Source of the DNA: an uncultured Candidatus Saccharibacteria bacterium | GTDB taxonomy: Bacteria; Patescibacteriota; Doudnabacteria; UBA920 | Direction of reading: 5' to 3' | Length of the DNA stretch: 64,000 bases | NCBI GenBank assembly: GCA_964416765.1 | Contig: CAYQEU010000001.1 | Coordinates: forward strand, 407,253 to 471,252 | Shown: positions 51,757 through 60,189 of the stretch, piece by piece | Layout: each line of letters opens with the position of its first letter | How positions within the stretch are numbered: position 1 is the first letter of the stretch | Position numbers and translations under genes: made by a program | The notes under the pieces: model-generated | Told to the model about the DNA's origin: nothing | The model's input: the letters and a program-made list of their open reading frames with translations, nothing else | The model's database searches: none

Positions 51757-52257
51757 ATGTTTATCAGACTGAAAATATTTACCAGCTTCGGCATGAACGC
51801 CGCCGCCTTGGGCTTCCTGAAAGGCTCAACGCTGGTAAACCGCATTAAGGAAGAAGTATTGCCTGTGTTGCTCGACATCCCAGTCGAGCAAGCCAAGCAA
51901 CTGACTGATGCCGACTTCATGGTCGTCGTCGAACCATCCGCCAACCCCAGCCTGCCGCACGGCATCCGCGACCCCAAGCACGTCCCGGTTATCGTCGCCA
52001 GAATGAACGGGGTTCCCGCCCGTCCTGAAGATAACGCCGCCGCCCGCGCGCTCCATAATATCATCCTCTCCGGGGTTGCCGAGAACATCTCGACGAACCA
52101 GGAGGTGGAAGTAAAAACCATCTTGAAGAAGGATGGGGAACGCGAAGCCCCGGAACTCAAAGACCGGGTCAAAGGCAAGATAAACCACAACTCCGCCGGC
52201 GCCTTCGGCTGGCGAAGCCGTGGTTCAACCAACAAGGAGCGAGAACGGGTCTCCTAA
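51757..52257 (+). CDS. Hypothetical protein
   Basis: Start at MFIRLKIF with SD GAGGTG 6 nt upstream. GC-rich. No motif. Confidence 0.45.
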   Translation: MFIRLKIFTSFGMNAAALGFLKGSTLVNRIKEEVLPVLLDIPVEQAKQLTDADFMVVVEPSANPSLPHGIRDPKHVPVIVARMNGVPARPEDNAAARALHNIILSGVAENISTNQEVEVKTILKKDGEREAPELKDRVKGKINHNSAGAFGWRSRGSTNKERERVS

Positions 52258-52312
52258 CCCTCACGCAAGCAATAACGATAAAGAGCAAGACACTACGGTG
52301 ACTTGCTCTTTA

Positions 52313-52627
52313 TTATTCGAGAAGGACTAACTGATGTTCGCTAATGCCATATTCGGCTTCGCAAGAATCGCACACGAGCGTAGGTTCCGTCACGCGTTCG
52401 AAACTGACTTGTTCCAAATTGCCATCTAGGCACATCACACATTCTCGTCCAATGTTATCGGTTAGCTCCACGAAACAGGTAAGGCTGATCGTGGAGACTT
52501 CGTCGTCCGAACGGGCGATATACAACAATTTGTTTGCCTTATCAGCTTTGAGCAGAATTGTCCGCTCTGGCCCGACATCAAACGACGTCCATCCTCCTGC
52601 CTCGTCTTTCATACCCAATACCTCCAA
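52313..52627 (-). CDS. Hypothetical Cys-containing small protein
   Basis: 104 aa with CVMC...CDSC (possible zinc ribbon). Confidence 0.4.
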   Translation of the reverse strand: MEVLGMKDEAGGWTSFDVGPERTILLKADKANKLLYIARSDDEVSTISLTCFVELTDNIGRECVMCLDGNLEQVSFERVTEPTLVCDSCEAEYGISEHQLVLLE

Positions 52628-52769
52628 GTATGAGTAAGTATAGGGAAAAACCCTAAACTTGACAAATCCTCTATAATGTGTTTAAATACTATGTTGAGTG
52701 CGCGTGCATTCAATTTTTTACAAACAAAAAGCAATACACAACAAAACTAGACTTGGAGGGTCATAGAGT

Positions 52770-53504
52770 ATGTTTAGATTTGGAAAGCGTAAGAAAAATC
52801 CTACGCTAACCGTTGAAGTAGAAATTTTGTCGGAAACAGTATTCCCGACATTCGCCGTCATCAATTTCGACCTCGGGGGAGATAAGGTTTCCCGGGACAT
52901 CCCGTTCGCCAACAAATCCAATTTGTTAGCTTACTTAAATTGGATTAAGGAGCAAAACGGGCTGGATATTTTGAAAGCGATAACGATAGACACGGAGTCG
53001 GTGGACCGGGCAATTAAAAAGGTTCAGGATTCAAAACTCCCGGACGACCCGTTTTCGTTTACCTCGCCCTTCTTCGCTACTGGCTCAGCCAGCGCGTATG
53101 AGGAGCGTGAGCCGCAACCCATCTCGGTTCGGCAATGCGAAAGCGACCGCAACGACAGTTGGAAACACGCCTACCTTTACAACGCCTACGGCGACAAACT
53201 GCGGAACACCCAGTTCTCAAGCCTCGTCTCAGGTCGCGGATTACTCGATAAGCTGGCAACCGCCGGTCTCATCAGCAAAGAGGAAGACGCGGAATTGCGC
53301 GTCCAGCTCGAAAAGCTCGACCTGCCCGAATCCGAACAGGAAGAAGGCGAGTGCGACCGGCAACAGCAACGGTTTGCGGAACTTTGTTCCGAAGACCAGC
53401 GCGAGGATTTCGCCGACAGCATCCGGTCGTCATCGGAGCAGGGTTCGCCCTTCATCGGCGGATTCACGATAGTCATCACCAGCAGCGAGGACAACATCTT
53501 TTAA
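52770..53504 (+). CDS. Hypothetical protein
   Basis: 244 aa. SD GGAGGG 8 nt upstream. Acidic C-terminal half. No motif. Confidence 0.5.
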   Translation: MFRFGKRKKNPTLTVEVEILSETVFPTFAVINFDLGGDKVSRDIPFANKSNLLAYLNWIKEQNGLDILKAITIDTESVDRAIKKVQDSKLPDDPFSFTSPFFATGSASAYEEREPQPISVRQCESDRNDSWKHAYLYNAYGDKLRNTQFSSLVSGRGLLDKLATAGLISKEEDAELRVQLEKLDLPESEQEEGECDRQQQRFAELCSEDQREDFADSIRSSSEQGSPFIGGFTIVITSSEDNIF

Positions 53505-53614
53505 CCTCGTTCGACATTACCCGCCATATTTCCTTCATACCTAAATACTCACAAACCGAAAACAGCCAAGTCATACCCCTTTGACCTGGCTGTTTTTCAT
53601 TTATCACCCCGGTA

Positions 53615-53643
53615 AACAAAAATGCCCCCTTGCGGGGGCATTC
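53615..53643 (-). terminator. Rho-independent terminator of cspA (minus strand)
   Basis: 9-bp hairpin aatgccccc/gggggcatt with a T-run on the minus strand. Confidence 0.65.
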
Positions 53644-53649
53644 TAACGA

Positions 53650-53850
53650 TTATGCTCGTTTAACGTTTATCGCGTTTTTTCCTTTAGGAGAATCCTCAGT
53701 ATCGAAGGTGACTTTGTCGCCTGGCTTGAGTTCTTCTAATGTCAGATCAGCGAGAGAATTTCTGTGGAAGAAAAGATCCTTATCTTCGCCGTCTACGCTT
53801 ATAAAGCCGAAGCCTTTATCTTCTACAACTTTCTTGATCGTACCGTTCAT
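53650..53850 (-). CDS. cspA: Cold-shock protein (CspA family)
   Basis: MNGTIKKVVEDKGFGFISVDGEDKDLFFH has RNP1/RNP2 motifs. A long AT-rich 5' UTR (~180 nt) lies upstream on the minus strand. Confidence 0.9.
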   Translation of the reverse strand: MNGTIKKVVEDKGFGFISVDGEDKDLFFHRNSLADLTLEELKPGDKVTFDTEDSPKGKNAINVKRA

Positions 53851-54034
53851 AGTTGAAATATTAGTGAGTTAAAGCAATTAAATATGTTGGCGAAACTCGA
53901 CTAAATTTCAAATCATATAACTTTGCTTTTTAATAATACCAAATATTTATAAAAAAGTCAAGTATAGGTTGAATAGCCTCAATAGCTATTATACTCATTA
54001 AAAGCTATACTTACCCTATAAAGGAAAGGATAAT

Positions 54035-54220
54035 ATGGCTTTTGAATCAATTGTGTTTCCGTTTGATAAGGATTTTAAGGATTTCGAAAGGGCAGTAGGG
54101 GAGATTATAGCATTGCGGGCTGAAGTAGAAATGATTCGAAGCGTGCTTATGGAAAATGGCCAGAGGGATGTAATCAAAAAAGCGGAACGGAATATGTATA
54201 AGCGTTTGGGTAGCAAATAG
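54035..54220 (+). CDS. Small hypothetical protein (61 aa)
   Basis: SD AAGGAAAGGA upstream. A strong terminator lies immediately downstream. Confidence 0.5.
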   Translation: MAFESIVFPFDKDFKDFERAVGEIIALRAEVEMIRSVLMENGQRDVIKKAERNMYKRLGSK

Positions 54221-54251
54221 AAAAACCCGCCCTTGGAGGGCGGGTTTTTAA
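54221..54251. terminator. Rho-independent (bidirectional) terminator
   Basis: aaaaacccgccc-ttggag-ggcgggttttt. Confidence 0.7.
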
Positions 54252-54462
54252 TTTAGGCAGCAGTGGCACCATCTGCGGGCTTTTGTTCCGCAGGAGTGTT
54301 CGGCGTAGCCGGGGTGGGGTTAGTATTTTCTTCAGCCATAACGTTCCTTTCGCTGCAATACCTCTATCCACGGCAGGCAGTATTAAGTTGTAAGGGTCCC
54401 ATTGGATAATGAACCAGTACCTTAATTATGGCATACATATGGGCTAGTGTCAAAGGGGCCAC

Positions 54463-54478
54463 CGTCGCACAATGTATG
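54463..54478. repeat. Left copy of 16-bp direct repeat CGTCGCACAATGTATG flanking the AT-rich island
   Basis: Exact match to 57611-57626. Embedded in a local palindrome (catac...gtatg). Confidence 0.5.
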
Positions 54479-54499
54479 CAAGGTATCGTTGTGGAAAAA

Positions 54500-54727
54500 C
54501 TAAATTCTTTCTAAACCTCTCAGCTTTCTCAACTCATTTATCTTGTTGCGTCTATCTTTGATCTTCTTAAAATTACGAGTAGTAGGATCAATATTTGAAC
54601 GCAATAAATACTCTAAGTAGTTACAACTTTTACAAGTCCAAATCCAAAGCGGGGGATTATAGGCAATGTGATATTTTACCCAACCACCGTGGTTATTTAC
54701 GTGCTGGTTACAAATATAACACTCCAT
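54500..54727 (-). CDS. Small Zn-ribbon protein (CxxC...CxxC), hypothetical, last gene of island operon
   Basis: 75 aa. CYIC and CKSC pairs. Starts 8 nt after the NTase stop. Confidence 0.5.
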   Translation of the reverse strand: MECYICNQHVNNHGGWVKYHIAYNPPLWIWTCKSCNYLEYLLRSNIDPTTRNFKKIKDRRNKINELRKLRGLERI

Positions 54728-54735
54728 GTAGTAAT

Positions 54736-56076
54736 TTATTTATACTTAGGTAATATCCAGCTATCAAGAACAACATTTTGCCGTGCTCTAACGACACAAA
54801 CATTGTTCCTTATTCCATAGCATTCAACATAATGATTTCCATTAAACTTCGTGTTTTCGGGCTGGTGTAAAGTATGATGATCAGTTATTTCACCTCTTGG
54901 TTGCGGCGACCTGTTATCATTCTTAACTTTCCATTTGATGATATCTAGTTCGCTTTCAGTTTCAGCTGAAAAATCTATCTTTCTGTCTGTTTCTATAATC
55001 CCGGCTGCGTCTAAAATAGTATGGCCGAAACCGTTTCTCGCTAAAGCCCTTGCTATAATCTTGATTTTTTCATTTTTCTCGATTAAGACAGGTATCTTTT
55101 TATCAAAAAGGTATTCTTCAGATTCACTTTTTCTAGTGTAATAATTTCCATCAAGCAAATCATCTATATTAGATTCTTCGGACAAATCTTCTAGCTTAAT
55201 CAAAAAGTTGTCTGCTGCATTTAAAATCTTTTCTTTCTCAGCTTCCGTCATGTCTTCAATGTAAGCATCAATGTACTTCGTGCTATCAGCGCGATCCGTT
55301 ATTTGGGGAGAACTTATGTGTTTTGGAAGATCACAAAAGAAATGAAATATCGCTGAATATATATCCATTTGGACGTTTTGGAAAAAGTACTGAATTACTA
55401 TCTGTTCTATGTGAAAAGATTTAAACTTAAAATTTGAATCTTTAGTTTTTACTGCATGTTTCCAGCCCTTTATGAACTTAACAGTCTTTCTAAAATCGGA
55501 GTTTTGGTCGTTTATTGTACGAGACATTTCAATATAACCCCGGGGGTCAGTAGGAATCCATCCCATTTCTTTATGATCTTGAGATAGTTCTTGATATAAG
55601 TGCTTACGTCTGGATGGTCGCACCTTTAGAAGCTCAGGAACTAGGTACTTATCTAAACCGAATTCGTTAACTTCGTGTTTAATAGCAGGTACTATATCTA
55701 ATGAAAATAGAACATCGTCACCATCATTCTCAAAAAAAAGAATAGTTATTGAGTGCGTTTGATATTCAATTTTTACGTTATGAGAAGTGGGCGATTGGTA
55801 TTCTTCGTTTAGTCTGTTATATAGATCATTTAATACTTCCTGAGAAGTCGCAATACTAGACTGAGTGTCACCAATAATATATAAAACATCAAGATCGTGT
55901 AATGGTGTAATGGCTGTGAACCTCGGGTAAGATCCAATTTGTAAACAATTAGATTCACCCAATATTATTTTTAGTGAATCGTATAGATTAGAAATTAATA
56001 ACCTTTCTGCATCTTTAGGAGACAGATTGTTTCTAACATAATCCCTCAAAAGCTTACTAATGGTTTCTTGCGTCAT
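54736..56076 (-). CDS. Pol-beta-superfamily nucleotidyltransferase, CD-NTase/SMODS-like (candidate second-messenger synthase) with a ~200-aa C-terminal domain of unknown function
   Basis: hGS-x12-DLD (QIGSYPRFTAITPLHDLDVLYII) plus a third acidic strand LFSLDIVPA ~65 aa later, the [DE]h[DE]h...hDhVPA pattern of cGAS/DncV-like NTases. 446 aa. AT-rich codon usage. Confidence 0.65.
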   Translation of the reverse strand: MTQETISKLLRDYVRNNLSPKDAERLLISNLYDSLKIILGESNCLQIGSYPRFTAITPLHDLDVLYIIGDTQSSIATSQEVLNDLYNRLNEEYQSPTSHNVKIEYQTHSITILFFENDGDDVLFSLDIVPAIKHEVNEFGLDKYLVPELLKVRPSRRKHLYQELSQDHKEMGWIPTDPRGYIEMSRTINDQNSDFRKTVKFIKGWKHAVKTKDSNFKFKSFHIEQIVIQYFFQNVQMDIYSAIFHFFCDLPKHISSPQITDRADSTKYIDAYIEDMTEAEKEKILNAADNFLIKLEDLSEESNIDDLLDGNYYTRKSESEEYLFDKKIPVLIEKNEKIKIIARALARNGFGHTILDAAGIIETDRKIDFSAETESELDIIKWKVKNDNRSPQPRGEITDHHTLHQPENTKFNGNHYVECYGIRNNVCVVRARQNVVLDSWILPKYK

Positions 56077-56573
56077 ATGCTTGTTGTTATCATAGAAGTA
56101 ACAACATCGTTCAAAAGCCTTCCTCTAAAGTTTGTAACTGCTCCGTTTCTTTGGTTGTCAACGAGATTCATTTGATCTTCGGGCATTGGCCCCTCGGAAC
56201 GAGGAGCGTATACAACTAAAGCGCAAGAATCAGGTTTCTTTTGTATTATAGCTGAAACATCAGTTTTCCAATCAGGCCAATACACCAGATATAATGAACA
56301 TGATTCAGCCTTGCCGATATCACTTATAGAAGAAACTTCAACAATATTTCTTTCCTTAAAAAGATGGGAATCAATCAATAAATCCCTAAGACTGTTAAAA
56401 TGTGAATCTTTTGCGAAAATGGCAATCTTTCGTTTAGATAGACCATTCCCTAATCTGTACAAAGCGGGACTGACTCCATTCAACCAAAGATATATTGCCC
56501 AAATAATTCCTCCGAGCAAAAATAAAGAATCAATAGTTCCTACCACCGTTAAAATGTTTATTGCTATATTCAT
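56073..56573 (-). CDS. N-terminal transmembrane protein with a ~130-aa cytoplasmic alpha/beta domain (candidate effector/sensor)
   Basis: TM segment(s) IAINILTVVGTIDSLFLLGGIIWAIYLWL, then alternating beta-alpha pattern (KIAIFAKDSHFNSLRDLL..LYLVYW..ALVVYAP). Stop overlaps the NTase start (ATGA). Confidence 0.6.
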   Translation of the reverse strand: MNIAINILTVVGTIDSLFLLGGIIWAIYLWLNGVSPALYRLGNGLSKRKIAIFAKDSHFNSLRDLLIDSHLFKERNIVEVSSISDIGKAESCSLYLVYWPDWKTDVSAIIQKKPDSCALVVYAPRSEGPMPEDQMNLVDNQRNGAVTNFRGRLLNDVVTSMITTSI

Positions 56574-56618
56574 TTATAAAAATTAGATCTATTTAGGTGC
56601 CTTATATAACTGGCTTAA

Positions 56619-56918
56619 TCATACACCTTTTTCGCTTTCTGTATAAGTTCCACCCAAACTTTCTACAATCCTTTTCTTTAATGCAGGAATAGGGGAGACT
56701 AGCCATTGCTTAGGCTCTTCTTGGACACATAATCCAGCTGACAGCCCAAACTCATCAACAATATCCCTAAGGTCTCCGAGACGAATCAGAATCGGTTGTT
56801 TGCAACCACATGAGCAATAACCAACTTTATAACCCATTGATCCGGTTTCAGGATCAGCATCAAGAGGGTAGCCTTTAAGTGGCCAACCACCTTTAGGATT
56901 TTGTCTGACTAGGAGCAT
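56619..56918 (-). CDS. Hypothetical small Cys-containing protein (99 aa)
   Basis: GYCSCGCKQP. Overlaps the upstream ORF by 26 nt in another frame. Confidence 0.4.
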   Translation of the reverse strand: MLLVRQNPKGGWPLKGYPLDADPETGSMGYKVGYCSCGCKQPILIRLGDLRDIVDEFGLSAGLCVQEEPKQWLVSPIPALKKRIVESLGGTYTESEKGV

Positions 56919-57258
56919 AAGGTTTCTTCTTCTTGGTTTGTTCGTAATCTACCCGCCGTAAGAACTTCTTATGACTTTCTTCTAATTCCACAAATACAGG
57001 GTCGGGAGTGTAAATGGACCTAATATATTTCTTAGCCTCGCTAAAGGCAATCTGAGGTGTTTTACCAACTAGCTGAGGGGTATGAATAGACTCACGTCGC
57101 ATAAAGTTAGAATCTTGGTCATACTCATGAATTGATACTTGGTATTCCTTATGGCCGTCAGCTGATAAAATAGGCAAAGCTTTAAGGTAAAACCTCAAAT
57201 CGTAGTATTCAAAGAGATCTTCATAAAAATATACTTTTTTACGCTTTATTCGATTCAT
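56893..57258 (-). CDS. Hypothetical small basic protein (121 aa), first gene of island operon
   Basis: AT-rich, Lys-rich C-terminus. No motif. Confidence 0.4.
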   Translation of the reverse strand: MNRIKRKKVYFYEDLFEYYDLRFYLKALPILSADGHKEYQVSIHEYDQDSNFMRRESIHTPQLVGKTPQIAFSEAKKYIRSIYTPDPVFVELEESHKKFLRRVDYEQTKKKKPYAPSQTKS

Positions 57259-57610
57259 ACAGATATCTTATAACTAGGAGCTTAACCATACCAGCAATAA
57301 ACTAAAGAAAATTATAAAACCCAATAAAAATAAATATAAAATAATAACTTATAACGATATGTGATACACAGGTCGAGCTTACCAGCGGGGGAGGCCCCCG
57401 CTCTCTCCGGCTTTTTGGCGGCCGATCGAGCGCGGGCCTCACACCCGTTTCTGTCTTAAACCACATACTAACTCGTTAAAAGAACTTATAACGCTTAGAA
57501 ACGATCCTAGTGCAATACAACTATAACGGAGTAGTGGGGAACTAGTTGTTAAAAGACTACTCTGCTATACCTGAAACCCTGGGGAATAGGCATAAACGCA
57601 ATATATCATA

Positions 57611-57626
57611 CGTCGCACAATGTATG
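57611..57626. repeat. Right copy of 16-bp direct repeat CGTCGCACAATGTATG
   Basis: Exact match to 54463-54478. Confidence 0.5.
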
Positions 57627-57896
57627 TTATACGACATACTATATTGATCAATTAATGAATCCGGATTTAACAAATATATTTATTGATTACTAGATTGTGC
57701 ATGTAACCACATATTTATATAAATTTATAATCGCGCTCTCCTGCTTGATTAACAATGTTAGATAATTGTTAAGATAATGATTTAATACTCCCTTTTCACC
57801 CCCTCTCTATTTCATGCCTATATCTCTATCTATCGACGATCGTCACGAATAAAAATATCTTCCCTTTTATCATATTTAGCCATGAATTTTGATAGA

Positions 57897-57925
57897 AACA
57901 AAAACCCGGGTTTGCACCCGGGTCA
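57897..57925 (-). terminator. Rho-independent terminator of the minus-strand hydrolase/pilin locus
   Basis: Palindromic hairpin acccgggt-ttgc-acccgggt with a T-run on the minus strand. Confidence 0.6.
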
Positions 57926-57956
57926 AATTACAGCTTTTTCTAAACGTTTAACTTCG

Positions 57957-58541
57957 CTAATCTACGTCACCATTACCAGGAGCGTTGTTATTAGTATCAC
58001 TGTTCGTATCCCCGATTTTGGTACCCGCACATGTCGCGTTACCCACAATATAATCAATGGGGCAACGGAATATGCCAGCAGGCACCCCATTGATTGTGGG
58101 GTTTCCGGCTAATAAAGGTTTTCCGTTTGGTAGGACTCTGCCACCAAAAATCAAAAAGTTAGTTAAAGAAAATGCTGCCAGCACGAGAAAGAAACCAATG
58201 ACCGCGTTCACCAATAGTTTTTTTGCTGATGTAACAGCTTCGGCGTTTCCGGCCGCAACTACAAAAGAGTAGCCAGCAAAAACTATCATGAACACCGCGA
58301 TGATACCGGCCATATCTATCAAAAAGTTCGTCACTATAATAACCAGGTTAAACAGGTCGGTAAGTTGGCAGGGATTGTCTGAAAAACTGCCGCACGGGAC
58401 AAACCCCTGGCCTGCGTTAGGGTCAGCTGCCTGAACCAAGGTTGGCATAATTAGCATAGTTGTAGCCACAACCAAGAATAAGACGTAAAAAACCTTATTT
58501 AATATTTTCATGTCTGGGATCATTAATTTTATTTTATTCAT
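57957..58541 (-). CDS. T4SS-pilin-like (TrbC/VirB2-type topology) secreted two-TM hairpin protein
   Basis: Signal peptide ...LVQA/ADP, a Cys pair (PCGSF..NPCQ), two long hydrophobic helices split by a short polar loop, and a Gly/Asn-rich C-terminus. Confidence 0.6.
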   Translation of the reverse strand: MNKIKLMIPDMKILNKVFYVLFLVVATTMLIMPTLVQAADPNAGQGFVPCGSFSDNPCQLTDLFNLVIIVTNFLIDMAGIIAVFMIVFAGYSFVVAAGNAEAVTSAKKLLVNAVIGFFLVLAAFSLTNFLIFGGRVLPNGKPLLAGNPTINGVPAGIFRCPIDYIVGNATCAGTKIGDTNSDTNNNAPGNGDVD

Positions 58542-59636
58542 TTATCTGCCTATGTAATTAATATGAAGGTTAGGTCCCGTAGTCGTGGGGAATACTTTGT
58601 AGTCTTTAATGGCCGTGCATTTTGGATCCTTAGAGGCTTCGTTGGCAAAGTTAACTTTACCCAATGAAATGATTGCTTCACAAAGGGTGGGCCAGTTAGG
58701 GTTAGTTGAACCTGCCTCTTTGGAATAACTAGGAGAACGTCCCCCGTTTAGCGCCAAATCCACGCAATTTCCACCCCGTGGATCCCCTGTCTTATGGCAA
58801 CCGCTAATGTGGGTTCCACTAATGCTGGAAGTAAGTATCCAACTTATACCAGGGGTTTTAGCTTTTAATCCGGCCAGTTGATCAGCCAAATCCTTGCATA
58901 GCTTACTCGCGCCGGCAGCATGCGGTATGCTGGCGGGAGTATCTACAATACCTCCGGAACAATTCACAGCAGTACCGGGCTTTGATCCGGTGGAAACGGT
59001 ATCGTCATTAGCACCGTGGCTGACCGCGGTATCGCAGTCGTCCGTTTCCCCTAGCCCCAAATCTTTGCATCCGGGCAACTCGTAATTGCCCAACAACTGC
59101 GGTGGCTGGATGCTCCTGAAGGCCACTAAGGTAGGGTTGATTTGTCTGAGTAAGACGTAGGAAGACAGCATGATCAGGAAACCTGCCAATACAGAGACCA
59201 GTATCTCCTTGGCCTGTTCTTTGCCATGCTCTCCTCCCACCATGTACATATACCCTGCCAGGACCACAAAGAAGACGGAAGCTACCGCTCCAAAAGCTAG
59301 GGCAAAGCGGTAACCCTTGTTGACACAGGTAGCCAGGTCCCCTGCTGATTGGTTGTCGGTTACCTGGGCGTTCTCCTGGAAAGTACCAGTGTTGGTGACG
59401 GTGGCGTTGGAAGGGGTGGGGGCACAAAGCAGGGCCCTGATGGAGCTTTCTACTCCCCTGCCTACATAGGTGGCTCCCGGTGACTTGGTGGGCGCGTTGT
59501 TGGCTGGGGCGTTGTTGGTGGGGGGAACCGGGTTAGGAATAAGCTGGGCGTTGGCTGGGGCAGCGTAGGCAAAAACCATTTCCACAAAAGCAATGGAAAG
59601 GATTATCAATTTTAAAGTATTGGTTTTGGTTTTCAT
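58542..59636 (-). CDS. Paralog A: shared signal-peptide + two-TM pilin-like module fused to an unknown C-terminal domain (possible LAS/M15-like peptidase)
   Basis: N-terminal 190 aa nearly identical to paralogs B and C. The C-terminus has HKTGDPRGGNCVDLAL and LHINY, which could form a metal site. 364 aa. Confidence 0.6.
   Translation of the reverse strand: MKTKTNTLKLIILSIAFVEMVFAYAAPANAQLIPNPVPPTNNAPANNAPTKSPGATYVGRGVESSIRALLCAPTPSNATVTNTGTFQENAQVTDNQSAGDLATCVNKGYRFALAFGAVASVFFVVLAGYMYMVGGEHGKEQAKEILVSVLAGFLIMLSSYVLLRQINPTLVAFRSIQPPQLLGNYELPGCKDLGLGETDDCDTAVSHGANDDTVSTGSKPGTAVNCSGGIVDTPASIPHAAGASKLCKDLADQLAGLKAKTPGISWILTSSISGTHISGCHKTGDPRGGNCVDLALNGGRSPSYSKEAGSTNPNWPTLCEAIISLGKVNFANEASKDPKCTAIKDYKVFPTTTGPNLHINYIGR
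59097..59526. repeat. Repeat copy A (~430 bp) of the shared 5' pilin-like module
   Basis: Near-identical to 60861-61326 and 62121-62586, with 2 mismatches seen by eye. Confidence 0.8.
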
Positions 59637-59646
59637 ATATTTAAAA

Positions 59647-60189
59647 TTACTCTGTTGGGCAAAAGCTTAAGCCAACGTTATATGGATTAGGTCGATAGTC
59701 ATCAGGCGGGGATTTGTAAACATAAATCGGCAATTGGCAAAGGTCGGCTTTGGGTGCGCCAAATAACTCAACCAGAGCCTGCTCCGCCGCTTTCTTTGCT
59801 GAATCCACGTCATTTTGGTCAGTGATCCACAGTTCGAACTGGTCCCCATCCGGCTGATAATCTATCTTGTACTGGTCTGTTTGCGAGAGAAGCAACGGAG
59901 TAGAAGCCGATGGACTATAATCTTTAGGAAATACATTCCTGATTTTAATGGACCCGTTAACCGTTTTGTAATAAATCCATTCTTGGGTGATGTCCTTTTG
60001 CGGGCTATTGGGGTAGTTTAATTTCTTTGACAGGGCGTTTGTCTGGTCTGTCCTGGTACCCGGGTTGTTGGAATTGGTGACACCCTGCCTTTGACCGGAC
60101 AAAATAAAGACCACAATAATTACCAGGATAATTAACAATACCGCCCCAATGGCAACGTATATTTTATTTTCCTTAATTAAATTCCACAT
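59647..60189 (-). CDS. Hypothetical membrane-anchored protein
   Basis: N-terminal TM helix IYVAIGAVLLIILVIIVVFIL then a soluble domain. Start overlaps the upstream gene's end. Confidence 0.5.
   Translation of the reverse strand: MWNLIKENKIYVAIGAVLLIILVIIVVFILSGQRQGVTNSNNPGTRTDQTNALSKKLNYPNSPQKDITQEWIYYKTVNGSIKIRNVFPKDYSPSASTPLLLSQTDQYKIDYQPDGDQFELWITDQNDVDSAKKAAEQALVELFGAPKADLCQLPIYVYKSPPDDYRPNPYNVGLSFCPTE

Noticed and set aside
54252-54338. 28-aa minus-strand ORF (MAEENTNPTPATPNTPAEQKPADGATAA) with an SD-like AAAGGA, convergent on the 54221-54251 terminator
   Set aside because: It is too short and low-complexity to support from sequence alone. It may be a real small peptide but cannot be distinguished from chance.
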